Positions 1 through 12,622 are shown, counted from the stretch's first letter. The stretch: DNA of 64,000 nt from Macrostomum lignano (GCA_002269645.1 NIVC01002164.1:62001-126000), one strand, 5' to 3'. The notes: generated by a model not told the origin, from the letters alone. Made by a program: numbers and translations.

Positions 1-300
1 TACAAATTTAAAGGTAGACAAATTGCCAACCTAACATAGTGGCTAAAATATTAGTGCAAGGTCATTTTGTCTACTAGCAAACAAAAAGATTTTTAAAAAA
101 AAATAAAAATGAAAGTATAGCTAAATAGCTTGTAAAGCTAATTTAAAAAAATTTATTTTACGAGTTATGCAAAACCAAAATGAGTTTAATAATACCATGT
201 CTTTTTTAGCAAGCATAATTTTGTTTCTTGAAATCTTTTAAAGAAAAATAATATAAATTTTAAATTTCTATTGAGAAAAGAAAAGTTATAAGCTATGGAC

Positions 301-479
301 CAGGGACTACTCAAACACCGGGACGGGAAACTAAAATTTTTTATGAGGCTGGCTGGCAATTATTTGTATTAGAGAGATGCTGTGTTACTTTGTTGTCTAT
401 GGTTATTTTCTACTGCTGATAAAAGACCAGCCTCGTAAAAAATTCCTAGTTTCCCATCCCAGTATTTGAGTAGTCCCTG
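301..479. mobile_element. hAT-type MITE (179 bp)
   Basis: About 52-bp imperfect TIRs starting CAGGGACTACTCAAA and ending TTTGAGTAGTCCCTG. Exact 8-bp flanking duplication CTATGGAC at 293-300 and 480-487. An 8-bp TSD and CAGGG ends are typical of hAT. Confidence 0.85.
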
Positions 480-1589
480 CTATGGACTTACAAATATTAA
501 AGGCAAAGTTTATGGTTGAATTTTTAAATATGATTAGCTGGCTATTATGAACCTTATCCAATGATGATAATGCATTTGCTGTCCCTGTTGCAATGCTTAC
601 TTATTATATAAACAAAAATTTAATACATGAGTATAGCCTATCTATAGGTCAATGTTTGGGTTTGGGTCACTTGGAAAAAATCAATATTTTTTTATACATG
701 CTTGTGCTTCTAATGTAATGAGTTCTTGATCTTTACTACTACTATAAATACTTTTTAAGATAGAAAGATATTTGTTTTCAATATTATATGTACTGGAATC
801 ATGTTTTAGTCTTATTATTCTGTAGTAGACAAAATGACTACATTGTATTTTTGCAAACAAAAGAATAGCAGACAAACTAGCAGCAAACAAAAATACCATT
901 GACCAAAATATTAATACATAGCCATCTAACAAATAGGCCTAGGCCTAAAGAGTTAAAGTCAATTTAATAAATAGGTAACAAACCTTTAACTGCACTTTAA
1001 AAAATCAGAAAAAAATTGTAGTGATTTAAAAAAGTAGTCTTAATTGCCACCAGGTTCTTTTATTATATAGAGAAAATTCTTTTATAGCAAGTTCAGTAAT
1101 TATTAAAGTATGTAGGCCTAGCATTGTGTCAATGAAATAAAAGCGTTTATAAATAAAGTTGCTAAAACTACAATACTTTGTTGAAACATTATTTGCCTAA
1201 ACATTACTTTGCCAAAATGTTGCATAGCCATAGTAAAGTAGGGCTACACTTAAGTCTAAACTATGTACGTACTAAAGAGATAGGCATAAAGAAGCTTCAA
1301 ATTCTTGCTACATTTTTGATTGCTACTAATTTTTTGCTAGATTTCTTATCATAGCTGATAGACATCTTGCAGTAGAGTTTTATTGTCCAACCAAATTTGC
1401 TTCATAACATTTCTAATTCCAACCTAATCAACTAGACCATGAAACTAATGAGTGCCTTGGCTTTATATGATCATAAAATGAAATTGATATCTCTTTCAGT
1501 TTTGTCCTACATCCTATGATCATCTTGTGGTAGGGCGCACTACCACGTTTGGAACAGGTGACCTCACCGCAATGACTCTCGCGTTCTGT

Positions 1590-1780
1590 GTCACCCGTTG
1601 CGCCGTCCCATGTCCCATCCCTCGCCCCATCTTTTGCCGTCGCGCGTAATTTTTTTGTTATTCTCATTCCCGGCTTTGTTGTCGTCCGTTGCCCCATCCT
1701 TCGCCCCATCTCCTGCCCCATCCTTCGCCCCATCTCCTGCCCCATCCTTCGCCTTCCTGCCCCATCTGCTGCTCCATCCC
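1590..1780. repeat. Degenerate 12/24-bp pyrimidine-rich tandem repeat (GCCCCATCCTTC-like)
   Basis: TGCCCCATCCTTCGCCCCATCTCC reiterated at about 1689-1762; it generates the overlapping low-complexity ORFs at 1428-1952. Confidence 0.75.
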
Positions 1781-2751
1781 CGTCCGGATGACATCGCCCC
1801 ACTATTTATTAAGGCCATTTCGGGCCGCAAGTTTTCATCTTTCCTTTCCCCTGCCTCCTACTTGTTCGTTTTCCGTTCCGTTCCGCTTCGTGAACCCTCG
1901 TGTACTCGTCTGTTTAGTGTTTAATTTCCTGTTGTGCACGAAGTTAAATTAGTACTTATTTAGTCTCGATCTACTAGTTTGTTCAGTTAGTCGTCCCACC
2001 CGGCACCGGCCGAGGATCAATCGTCTGAATTTAACTTTATTTTGCCAATTTACGCCTGCTAGTACAACATCAATAAATAATATTAATTAACTAATAATTA
2101 AGTCTATCTCGTTAACGAAGCCCATAATAGTTATCTTGAGTCATTTGCCCGTGGGGCGTTAAACAACCGAATCGATCTCAACTCTAAGCGAGCTCTGAGA
2201 TCCCAGCGTTCCGTAATACGGATCAAATTACGGTGGTGGCAGCGCTACTCTACTGACAGTAATCAGTACGACAATTCCAAAGCAGATTTACGGTGTCAAG
2301 ACCAATTGAGTCTACGGATCTGAACGACCGGGCCGCTATACGACCGCTCCGCTACGATTACAACTACCCTCCCCCCGGACTTGAGAACCCGGCTGTCGGA
2401 GTAAAACAGGAGAAGAAATTTCGTTGTGATTCGTCTGCGCGTTTTTCCGGTTTTATTCGTGCGAACTCAACGCCGGCGGCAATTCAAACGAGGAATCCGC
2501 CCCACCTCACTGGTGTCAGCAAATTCAAAAACAACCGTTCTAAGAAAGTTCTTCTCCACCCCCACCTCAATCTTATAACAATTTTCCTATTTAAATGACC
2601 ACTATAACAAAAGTGAATATATAGGATCCATTGAGTCCATTCTTGGTTTTGCTTGCACTACATGTCTACATTATGTCTTTTTTCGTTTTTGGTGTTAAAG
2701 CTAATGAGAAAAATCGAAAGTAAATATCTTTTTTTAAACTAATTATCTTTA

Positions 2752-5294
2752 ACGTAATTATTTCCCGATTGACATTCAGATTTACATTCAAATTTTAACA
2801 AAGCCGCTGTAACTTTTCTTTACTTGAACGAAACGCTTTAAATTTTTACAAAAACTTTGACGCAATCAAGAAAAAAAACCACGTAAAATATCTCAGCATT
2901 TAAAAATAGACTGTACAAATTATTCACATATAAAGTTTGTTCCTATCTCCTTAGTGTATTATTATGCAACTCAACAAAACGGCTTAAAATACACGCAGAG
3001 CTACGAAACTTTATTTTTCTCTTGACGCACGCGAGATGCGTTGGCAAGTCAAAAATCAGCACCCTAGCTTAAAGCCTGTACGAGTTATTCACCTGCAAAC
3101 TGTGTTCCTATCTCCGTAGTGTATTTTGGGGGTCCAGCTTGACATTCGCTGACAGACACTTCTACTCAACGCAGAGCTACGAAACTTTATTTTTCTCTTG
3201 ACGCACGCGAGATGCGTTGGCAAGTCAAAAATCAGCACCCTAGCTTAAAGCCTGTACGAGTTATTCACCTGCAAACTGTGTTCCTATCTCCGTAGTGTAT
3301 TTTGGGGGTCCAGCTTGACATTCGCTGACAGACACTTCTACTCAACGCAGAGCTACGAAACTTTATTTTTCTCTTGACGCACGCGAGATGCGTTGGCAAG
3401 TCAAAAATCAGCACCCTAGCTTAAAGCCTGTACGAGTTATTCACCTGCAAACTGTGTTCCTATCTCCGTAGTGTATTTTGGGGGTCCAGCTTGACATTCG
3501 CTGACAGACACTTCTACTCAACGCAGAGCTACGAAACTTTATTTTTCTCTTTACGCATGCGAGATGCGTTGGCAAGTCAAAAATCAGCACCCTAGCTTAA
3601 AGTCTGTACGAGTTATTCACCTGCAAACTGTGTTCCTATCTCCGTAGTGTATTTTGGGGGTCCAGCTTGACATTCGCTGACAGACACTTCTACTCAACGC
3701 AGAGCTACGAAACTTTATTTTTCTCTTGACGCACGCGAGATGCGTTGGCAAGTCAAAAATCAGCACCCTAGCTTAAAGCCTGTATGAGTTATTCCAGTAT
3801 TAGAGACTGTACGAGATTACAGTCAGGGAATTCATCTAATGGGAAACATATGACGGGATAGAAAATTCACAAATTCGGCTCTGGTCATATAGCTGGGTCA
3901 CCCACCTGAGCCTTAAAAATAATTTCTGTACGGACCCCCTGCCACACATCCCTTAATGAGCACGCATCGCATCATTTTTACGCTGCTTTAGTGGGGTCCT
4001 CATGATCGGGAGTTGTTTGAGCCATCTGGTGAAGCCCGGAAGTCGAAAACGGGACTCATTGGGAGTCTGCTACACCATGCAGCCATGCAGAAGACTTTTT
4101 AAACAGTGGATCCTCTTTCTGGGTAGCCGAACAGCTGGCTGTGACTGCCATGTAATGGCAGTTCTTTTGCTCCTAGGTCATTATGCCTACGACCCAGATT
4201 GCTTTCGCCAACGATATCCTGAGCGCCGCTTCGTTGATACACAGCTTCCTAAAAGCCTCAACGCTAATCTTTACACATCTCTACCTGCTGAGGAAAATGT
4301 TAGAACAGAGCCTCGTCAAGAGCATAGTTCAGGGGCAAAGGCTGCCAAACAAACATCATCAAGAAGTTCAGAGCCGCAGCCTCTCTGTGGACTAAGAAAT
4401 AGCGGAGCAGACTGCTATGCCAATTCTGCCATTCAGCTTCTTTACTGGATGGAGCAGAACGGCCCATTAATGAGACGGGACATAGCTAGCGACTTGCAAA
4501 GATCTCTACCGCTGCTTTTTCATCAAATGCTAGCTCTTAAAAATACTTCTGCCGCAGAAGTACAAGGAATTATCAGGCGCATCTTGCCCGGCAGATTTGC
4601 TGCTGGTGAGAAGCTCTGCTTTAAGCTAGGGTGCTGATTTTTGACTTGCCAACGCATCTCGCGTGCGTCAAGAGAAAAATAAAGTTTCGTAGCTCTGCGT
4701 TGAGTAGAAGTGTCTGTCAGCGAATGTCAAGCTGGACCCCCAAAATACACTACGGAGATAGGAACACAGTTTGCAGGTGAATAACTCGTACAGGCTTTAA
4801 GCTAGGGTGCTGATTTTTGACTTGCCAACGCATCTCGCATGCGTAAAGAGAAAAATAAAGTTTCGTAGCTCTGCGTTGAGTAGAAGTGTCTGTCAGCGAA
4901 TGTCAAGCTGGACCCCCAAAATACACTACGGAGATAGGAACACAGTTTGCAGGTGAATAACTCGTACAGGCTTTAAGCTAGGGTGCTGATTTTTGACTTG
5001 CCAACGCATCTCGCGTGCGTCAAGAGAAAAATAAAGTTTCGTAGCTCTGCGTGTATTTTAAGCTGTTTTGTTGAGTTGCATAATAATACACTAAGGAGAT
5101 AGGAACAAACTTTATGTGTGAATAATTTGTACAGTCTATTTTTAAAATGCTGAGATATTTTACGTGGTTTTTTTTCTTGATTGCGTCAAAGTTTTTGTAA
5201 AAATTTAAAGCGTTTCGTTCAAGTAAAGAAAAGTTACAGCGGCTTTGTTAAAATTTGAATGTAAATCTGAATGTCAATCGGGAAATGAATACGT
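2752..5294. mobile_element. Foldback-type DNA transposon (long TIRs built of 176-bp tandem units, 9-bp TSD), deletion derivative
   Basis: Left arm 2752-~3790 and right arm ~4617-5294 are reverse complements. Each has a ~245-bp outer segment plus 176-bp units (about 4.5 left, 2.4 right). Termini are ACGT...ACGT; the exact 9-bp direct repeat TTATCTTTA lies at 2743-2751 and 5295-5303. Confidence 0.88.
4002..4637 (+). pseudogene. Truncated ORF inside the foldback element: SWIM-like zinc-finger remnant followed by a USP (peptidase C19) Cys-box
   Basis: GSRTAGCDCHVMAVLLLLGH resembles the GxRxxGxCxH SWIM-like C-terminus of some DNA transposases. GLRNSGADCYANSAIQLL matches the USP Cys box GLxNxGNTCYxNSxLQxL. 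The ORF runs into the right arm at ~4617 and has no His box. Confidence 0.6.
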
Positions 5295-5809
5295 TTATCT
5301 TTAATAATTTTAACTTTATCAGAAACAGTAAACAATTTACTTTATCAAAAACAGTAAACAACAATGATTAGGCCTATTACGTTTATAAAACGTATACTTT
5401 TGGAAAAAAAATTGACACTGCGTTTCGAAGAAATTTATTCTTCGAAATTTATTAATTTATTGAAATGTTTAATTTCAATAAATTATCGTTATTAGAGGGA
5501 AAAGCTCGAGAGTTGGACAAAGTCCGAGAGTTGAGCGGACAATATGCACTTAATAAGGACGATAGACAGATGGGTAGGCAGGCAAGCAGAATATTGAAAA
5601 TAAAAGCTTAACTGTGTAAAAAGCCTAAGTACTAATTAAAACGATCGACTACAAGCATCAAAGGAGCATTTTAACTAAGTTGCAATCTAACAAGCATTCG
5701 ATTGTTTGTTTGCAGTATATTGTACGCCTTGGCGTCTTTAGCATTAGATAAAATCCCTAAATTGAATTGTTGTGCACAGAAACAGTAAACTGTACCTAAT
5801 CAAATGGTC

Positions 5810-8413
5810 CTAATGATAGTAAAACGAAATTCTTGGAAAGCGCATGGTGACATTAAAAACGCCCCATATTTTGGCCTGATTCTCCGGGTATCCCAGGTGC
5901 ATAAACCGGTGAAATGCGATAGTGTTGGTTGTTGACTCTTCACGCTTCCAGGACTGTGTGCGAAGAATTCTGCGGCAGATTCTGAACGACATGGATCGCC
6001 TGCCCCGCGGTCGCTTTCGCCTTCTGCCATTCACGATACCTACAAAAAATACAAAAAAATCATGTCAACAGTATCAATCACTTCATTGATTTGTCAGCAG
6101 TTACCTTTAAATTTTACGCTTTTAAATTGTTTGGCAAAGGTTTGCAAAGTACATGTAGCGTTACAGTAATAACAAAAGTATATATAGCGACTCAAGTGAA
6201 TCAAAAGTTCTAATTTATAGAAAAGGTCACGTTTTTTATTAAAGTTTGATAAATCGGTCAATTGTTAAATTTTTAGATAAAATACAAGATATGTATTTCC
6301 GTGCATTCTGACAGGTTTTTACTAAGGTAGCTAGACAAGTAGGTTAGGTGCTTACGTAGATAAGGTAGTTAGGAAGGGAGTTTAGTCAGTTAGGTTAGAT
6401 ATGCTTTGAAAAAATTTCAGACAAAAGCTCACCTCCGAACCGGGCCCTGCAGATCCTCCCCAGATCAGCTCGTGACTCAACAAAACCAGAGAAGAAATCC
6501 CAGCCAAGCAGAACCACGTTTTCATTGCTGTTCATCCCGGGCTGCGGCTGGCGTCGCAGCTGCCACTCTCTGTAGGCTTCGGTGAGCATCCCCGGCCCCG
6601 TGGCCACATATGCACTGGTCGCTTTCGGCTTTCCACCGCCACCACCGCCAGCCAACTGGTCGCCTTCATCGGCACCAGCTTGCATCCGCCGCGCCACGAA
6701 AGCGAAGAACGGATGCCCAGGCACCGAGCCCATGGCGCTGTTCATCGCCGCCAGCCGGGTCTGCCAGATCACGGCTGTCTGGTCGGTGCGTTCCCGGTCC
6801 AGAAAGGCAGTGTAGTTGGCCAGGGTTGGGTAGAACGGCTGCACACACTCGATGTCCAAGTCGATGTACACTCCTGAGGGTGGAGAATTCTGCTACTTCG
6901 TTTGCGAATCCTCAAAAAGGGGCGTCGCCACAAGGAGGTCAGGTTTGCGGCGCGGCTCGGAGTCAGCCATGGAGGTGCGGAGGGCCTTCTGCAGCGTGTT
7001 ATTCGCTAAGGAAGAAAGAGGCTCGTCGGGTTGTTGTTGGTGGAGGCATTGGCAGACGAAATTCTGGATATCTCCATTGTCAAGGCCACTGAAGGGGGCA
7101 GAGTTCCTGTGGCCTGTGAGGGTCCTGGTGATGTCCTGGGTGTCTTTGCTGATCTGCGTAGACTTTCGGAGCTGTCTTGGGGATATACGAGACTGCCACT
7201 CGGAATTGGCGGCAGTTAAGACCTTTTATTGTGAGTGTCAGCCCAGTCCATTCAATCTGACGGTTAGTGATCGTGCTGGGGATCGGAACCAGAGAGGGTC
7301 AGGACCCGACAGACAGCTGGAGCTTCGACCAGAGAGTCGGCCAGCTCGTTGCCCGGGAAACCGAGCACCAGACGGATTGCTGTGGGCCCTAACGAAACAG
7401 CGACGCCCCTTGGCCTCAGGAGACCCCTGTTGTGTATTAAACGCTTTTTGACTCTGTTTTACATTTATATTGTTAAATGGAGCATGCTGCTCGTGATGTT
7501 TGGATAATAGCTAATTGACTTTGAGATGACGCCAATCGCACGGTAAGAATCATTGCGCTTGATGCGTCATCACGGTTCTAAGGAAATTTACACAAACGAA
7601 GCACGCGCGACTACCTCCCAGATGATGCAAGATCAGGTATCTGGCAGCGTCAGACCGCATCAGGTCGGTAGAGTAGGCCTCGAACAGCTTAGTCATGTCC
7701 GGATAGTGCAAGCGGATCAGCTGTCTGACGTCGGAATCCCGCCACAGGTAGACAGTCCAGCCGGGATTGAAGTGCAGGCATGAGCTGATCAGCGGCGAAT
7801 AGTTTGAGAAAACTTCGGCGCTCCTGAATACATAGTGCAGCAGCTTGGGAATGCGGCCACCATCCGTGATGGGTGCGGGTGGCTGCAGCCGCTGCTGCTT
7901 GCAGAAACCGGCCGGTCTCTTGTGGGTTGATAAATAGAGTCAGGGGAAAATGTTGAAGGAAAAATTATTCGCAAATGGGCTGTGGGCACCAAGGCGCAAC
8001 GCCTTCATCAACATCATCCCACAACCAGCGCTGACTCCAGTGAGCACACGCAAGCGCGTGAATACTGTACACAGGCGCTCACTCACTCACACGCTCTCAC
8101 AGGGTGTTCGACGTCCTTCTGACTTTCTAATCGTCAGCCCGCGGTCAATTTTCGTACACAACCGAACCAGAGTTCGCGGCACGAGAGTCAAGACGCGTTT
8201 ACCCCCAAAGCCACTCTGCCCAACTCATCCTGAGGGAATCGTGACACAGGCAAGCCTAGCCTCAGGGTCTAGGAACTTTAAAGACGTCAAAGTACTTACA
8301 AGAAACAGAAAAAGCAACGCCAGCAGAAGCAGCAGCAGAGCAGAGAAGGACGCGCAGCAGCCAGGCTTGATGCGGCTGGCCGAGTAGTGCAGGAAGCGGA
8401 GCGAGCGCGTCAT
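5810..8413 (-). CDS. GT32-family (Gly_transf_sug, DXD) glycosyltransferase, SUR1/OCH1-like, type II membrane, about 362 aa
   Basis: Four exons joined in phase with GT-AG sites: 8413-8300, 7918-7615, 6873-6433, 6039-5810 (1089 nt). Signal anchor ALLLLLLALLFLFL, then IPKLLHYVF, RSDAARYLILHHLGGVYIDLD (DXD), NSAMGSVPGHPFF, ATGPGML and a C-terminal AFHRFMHLGY. Confidence 0.88.
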
Positions 8414-8694
8414 CGGGCTTAAATAATTGATCTGCCAGCCTCTGCAGGCACGTTCGCGGGACTGATGTAGCATCTTGGTACCTCCGGTTGGTGCGCAAAG
8501 CTTTTTGCTTTATACAGTAAGGATCAGGCCCCCAGCCCGTGTGCTGGATTAATTATTAACTAACCAGGCACCCGGTTTTAAAAAAAGAATTATAAAAAGT
8601 TTAAGAAATTTTTAGGACAGTCGGCACGAAGTCTTCCTTTTCAGGAAAATAAAACTGAAATAATCTATCAGTCTGATCAATAAACCTACTAATA

Positions 8695-10032
8695 CTAGGG
8701 TCGTCAGAAAAGTTATGTGTATTAGAGAATAGCTCAGCTCTATGAATAGCTGAAGAGTTGGGGTTTTAGCCATAGATATATACATATATAAAGAGTCGCT
8801 AGCTTCAGTTTTAGAGCACCATATCATTTCTAGCCAAAATAGCAGTAATTTTTCAACCACACCCATGGCGCATTCCGTCCCGCGAGAGACTTTTTCTAAA
8901 CGCGACAATCGAGCGATCATATTGAGTTTCATGTCCTTCAGGGGCGTTCAGCAACCGAGATTTTTGAAGAAATGCGGCAGACCATAGGAGACTTTTGCCC
9001 ATCTTACGATTCGCCGCTGGGCTATTGCCATTCGCAACGGTAAAGAAGACCTCGACGACAAGCCACGCAGTGGACGACCAACGAGTGCTCGGACTGACAG
9101 CCTGGTGAGTCAGGTGGAGGCAGCCGTGCTGCAGGACCGGAGACTGACCACCAGGCAGCTGGCTGATGCCATAGGGGTGTCCCACGACTCAGTCCACAAG
9201 ATCCTGACCGAGGACCTTGGGATGCGCAAGGTCTGTGCCAAGTGGGTGCCGCATCTGCTCACTGACGATCAGCAGGCTCGGCGGGTCGCCATGTGCGCAT
9301 CCAACCTGCAGCGGTGTCGGTGGGAGGGCACGGCGTTCTTGCAGAGGATCGTTGCCTGCGACGAAACCTTGTCGCATTCTTGGGAGGCGGAGTTGAAGCG
9401 GCAGAGAGCCAAATGGTGCAGGCCAGGTTCTCCGCGACCTCAAAAGGCCATCCGGAGCATCGGCCAGCTGAAGGTCATGCACGTGACTTTCTTCGACCGG
9501 AGGGTCTGTTGTTCAATCAGCCTGTGCCAGTGGGGCAGACGGTCAATGGTGATTTCTACCTGTCGGTTCTGGTGAAAGTTCGGCGTGCCATTCGGGACAA
9601 AAGGCCTGCACTTCACGCGGCTGGCCCGATTCTGCTTCACGACAACGCAGCCCCGCACCGAAAGCAAAGCGTGCTGGCTACGATCGAGTCGTGGGGGTGG
9701 GAAATTCTTCCGCATCCGCCTTATTCCCCGGACTTAAGTCCATGCGACTTTTTCCTCTTCCCTCGCATCAAGGAGTCGATGCGAGGCCAGCGTTTCAGCA
9801 CAGAGGAAGACGTGAATCAGGCCTACAAGGCTGGCATTGCCGCCGTGACGAACAATGGCATGACTACAGGCATTGACGGGCTGGTGCGGCGTTGGGAGAA
9901 GTGTATTGAAGCTGAGGGCTCATACTTTGAGTGAATAGATGTTAAGGAAGACATTTGTAACTTTTCATGTTTCTACTGTTTATCGTTCTCAAGTTATTAC
10001 AATATACACAGAACTTTTCTGACAACCCTGAG
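8695..10032 (+). mobile_element. Mariner (Tc1/mariner, D,D34D) element with frameshifted transposase
   Basis: Imperfect ~28-bp TIRs (CTAGGGTCGTCAGAAAAGTT at 8695; reverse complement near 10003-10032) with TA on the left. Transposase ~8866-9934 has WVPHLL, ACDET and HDNAAPH...YSPDLSPCD with 34 residues between the last two Asp. Several frameshifts. Confidence 0.93.
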
Positions 10033-11174
10033 CCCACAGAGGACCACTAGTATCTGATCTGATCTGCATTTTTGAGTGCATTCAGATTAAGTCCACACAT
10101 ACTAAATGTCTAAGATCTGTAAATCTGTAACGATTGAACAATTAGGCTTTTCTGCTCGAGCAGGCAAAGCTGAATTTTGAGCATTGTTTTAGAAACAAAC
10201 AATTTATTGCAGACAGACGCTCAAAAACCGTGGGGAAGAACTTCAGCATTCGACACCCAGTTTAAAAGGTTCCCACACACCCTCTGAGCACTGTTGAGCG
10301 TCTCCATGACTCAGAGTGCAATTATTTTTTTAACCGGTTGAGCAAAGCGACCAGAGGCACTATACGGGAAATGAGTTTCCATTTCCTGAAGGTGCACCTC
10401 TAGCCACCGCCTTGAGTCCCACCTTAGTTTATTTTTGCTCTCAAATCACGCGACAGGCTGTTATTGTTTGGCAAGCAATCGGGAAATTCCACACCTATTT
10501 TCTGCTCCTAGCTTCAAGTTTTACCCTTTTTTGAAGAGAAGCTTTCCCAAGAATGTCCTGCGGCAGGATGAGAAATAATAGCTAACAGACAGAGAACTAA
10601 GGAAGAGAGCGGGATGTGTTCCTGCTCAACTTGGGATTGCCCCTGCGGGCAAATTCCGAAGGGCTCGCACATGCGAGCCCGAGATGAGCTCTCACTGGGT
10701 GCTGGAAAGCCTCAAAAAAGCAACATTGGCAAAGTTTTCGAGGCATGCAACCAGACAGACAGGCGAGAGAGCAAAAATGAGGCGTTCTGATTTTTGAGAA
10801 GATCGCAATCAGGTTGACTATGCAGGGGACGGCAGGGCCGCTGATATTCTTGTCTCGCCGATGACATTTTAAAGCATTTTGGCTGATGGCTGATGGCCAA
10901 TTTTCAGGGCGCCCCGCCTCGCTCCGGCAATCAGCTGCCGGATGAAGGTTGCTGAGGGGGCGAATTCGCTTCTGCAGATCTGTCAACAAGGCTGTTTGGC
11001 AACTGGCCCGAAATGTTTACCGCCGTTATCTTAAGCCGGCTATTTCTGGAAAGTCGCGATTTCTGCCGGGTCCCGAGCTTACGCATCCGGGACCGACTTA
11101 GCCGCCATCAAAATCTCCAGCTGATAATAGAAACTGTGCCGTATGCTTTTGCACAGATTTTAGCTCAGTTCATG

Positions 11175-11999
11175 ACAGCCTGACTACATGGCAGCCTGAC
11201 CACATGACAGCCTGACTACATGACAGCCTGACTACATGACAGCCTGACTACATGACAGCCTGACTACATGACAGCCTGACTACATGACAGCCTGACTACA
11301 TGACAGCCTGACTACATGACAGCCTGACTACATGACAGCAGCCTGACTACATGACAGCCTGACTACATGACAGCCTGACTACATGACAGCCTGACTACAT
11401 GACAGCCTGACTACATGACAGCCTGACTACATGACAGCCTGACTACATGACAGCCTGACTACATGACAGCCTGACTACATGACAGCCTGACTACATGACA
11501 GCCTGACTACATGACAGCCTGACTACATGACAGCCTGACTACATGACAGCCTGACTACATGACAGCCTGACTACATGACAGCCTGACTACATGACAGCCT
11601 GACTACATGACAGCCTGACTACATGACAGCCTGACTACATGACAGCCTGACTACATGACAGCCTGACTACATGACAGCCTGACTACATGACAGCCTGACT
11701 ACATGACAGCCTGACTACATGACAGCCTGACTACATGACAGCCTGACTACATGACAGCCTGACTACATGACAGCCTGACTACATGACAGCCTGACTACAT
11801 GACAGCCTGACTACATGACAGCCTGACTACATGACAGCCTGACTACATGACAGCCTGACTACATGACAGCCTGACTACATGACAGCCTGACTACATGACA
11901 GCCTGACTACATGACAGCCTGACTACATGACAGCCTGACTACATGACAGCCTGACTACATGACAGCCTGACTACATGACAGCCTGACTACATGACAGCC
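11175..11999. repeat. Homogeneous 16-bp minisatellite (CCTGACTACATGACAG)n, about 50 copies
   Basis: Directly visible, nearly invariant array. Confidence 0.97.
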
Positions 12000-12361
12000 A
12001 ATTTCATCTCGGAGCGGTATTGAAGTGAAGCCCCTCTCCCATGTGGACATCAACCTCATCTGGCAACTCATTACAGGAACTGAGGCCTCAATACGCCTCC
12101 GTGTGGGCGCATATAAATTTTCTGAAGCCAAGCGCTGACCTTTGCAATTCAGCTTCCTCTATCTCGCATTATCTTCATCTCTTTCGGTGTGCCGCTCGTT
12201 GCAAGTCATTTCTTGGAAAGGCGCTAATGATTGCTTTAATCTTAGGGTGCGTATCTTAGTTATAGTTTCACAGATTAAGTATAATTTGCAGTCGCACATG
12301 GAAAAATACCATCTATTAGCTTAAAATATTTAAAAAGTTATTTATAGCATCCAAAAGCGCA

Positions 12362-12622
12362 ATTTATAATAATATAATAATAATAATAATTGATTACACC
12401 TGCCCCAATGGGCAGATGTGCAACCGACAGCTCAGCCGCAGCCATTGCGCGGCGCATCTGAAGACTGGGGGGTCGCCACACACAGTTACCCCAGCTGGGT
12501 GAACTGAAGCAATGCAGAGTTAAGTGTCTTGCTCAAGGACACAAATTGTTCCGATGGGATCGGGAATCGAACCCCCGACCGTCAAGTCGTGAGTCTGACG
12601 CTCTAACCACCAGGCTGCACCC
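12362..12622 (-). mobile_element. tRNA-derived SINE with CORE-like central domain
   Basis: On the minus strand: A-box-like TGGTGGTTAGAGC, B-box GGTTCGATTCCC, central GTGTCCTTGAGCAAGACACTTAAC (similar to the MIR/CORE motif) and a (TTA)n-like 3' tail at ~12362-12390. Confidence 0.8.

Noticed and set aside
681-932. 83-aa minus-strand ORF
   Set aside because: AT-rich, non-ATG start, no motif or splice support.
2234-2244. TGGTGGCAGCG, identical to a tRNA-Leu primer-binding site of LTR elements
   Set aside because: Not preceded by an LTR-ending CA; no second LTR or gag/pol seen. An 11-bp match is insufficient.
2996-3790. Regular 176-bp array considered as CRISPR-like or a standalone satellite
   Set aside because: Units are contiguous with no unique spacers, there are no cas genes, and the array is one arm of the foldback element.
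6852-7463. 199-aa plus-strand ORF / possible solo LTR in GT32 intron 2
   Set aside because: No recognisable domain; the TG...CA ends have no matching TSD.
10597-10989. 130-aa minus-strand ORF and neighbours
   Set aside because: No motif or convincing splice pattern.
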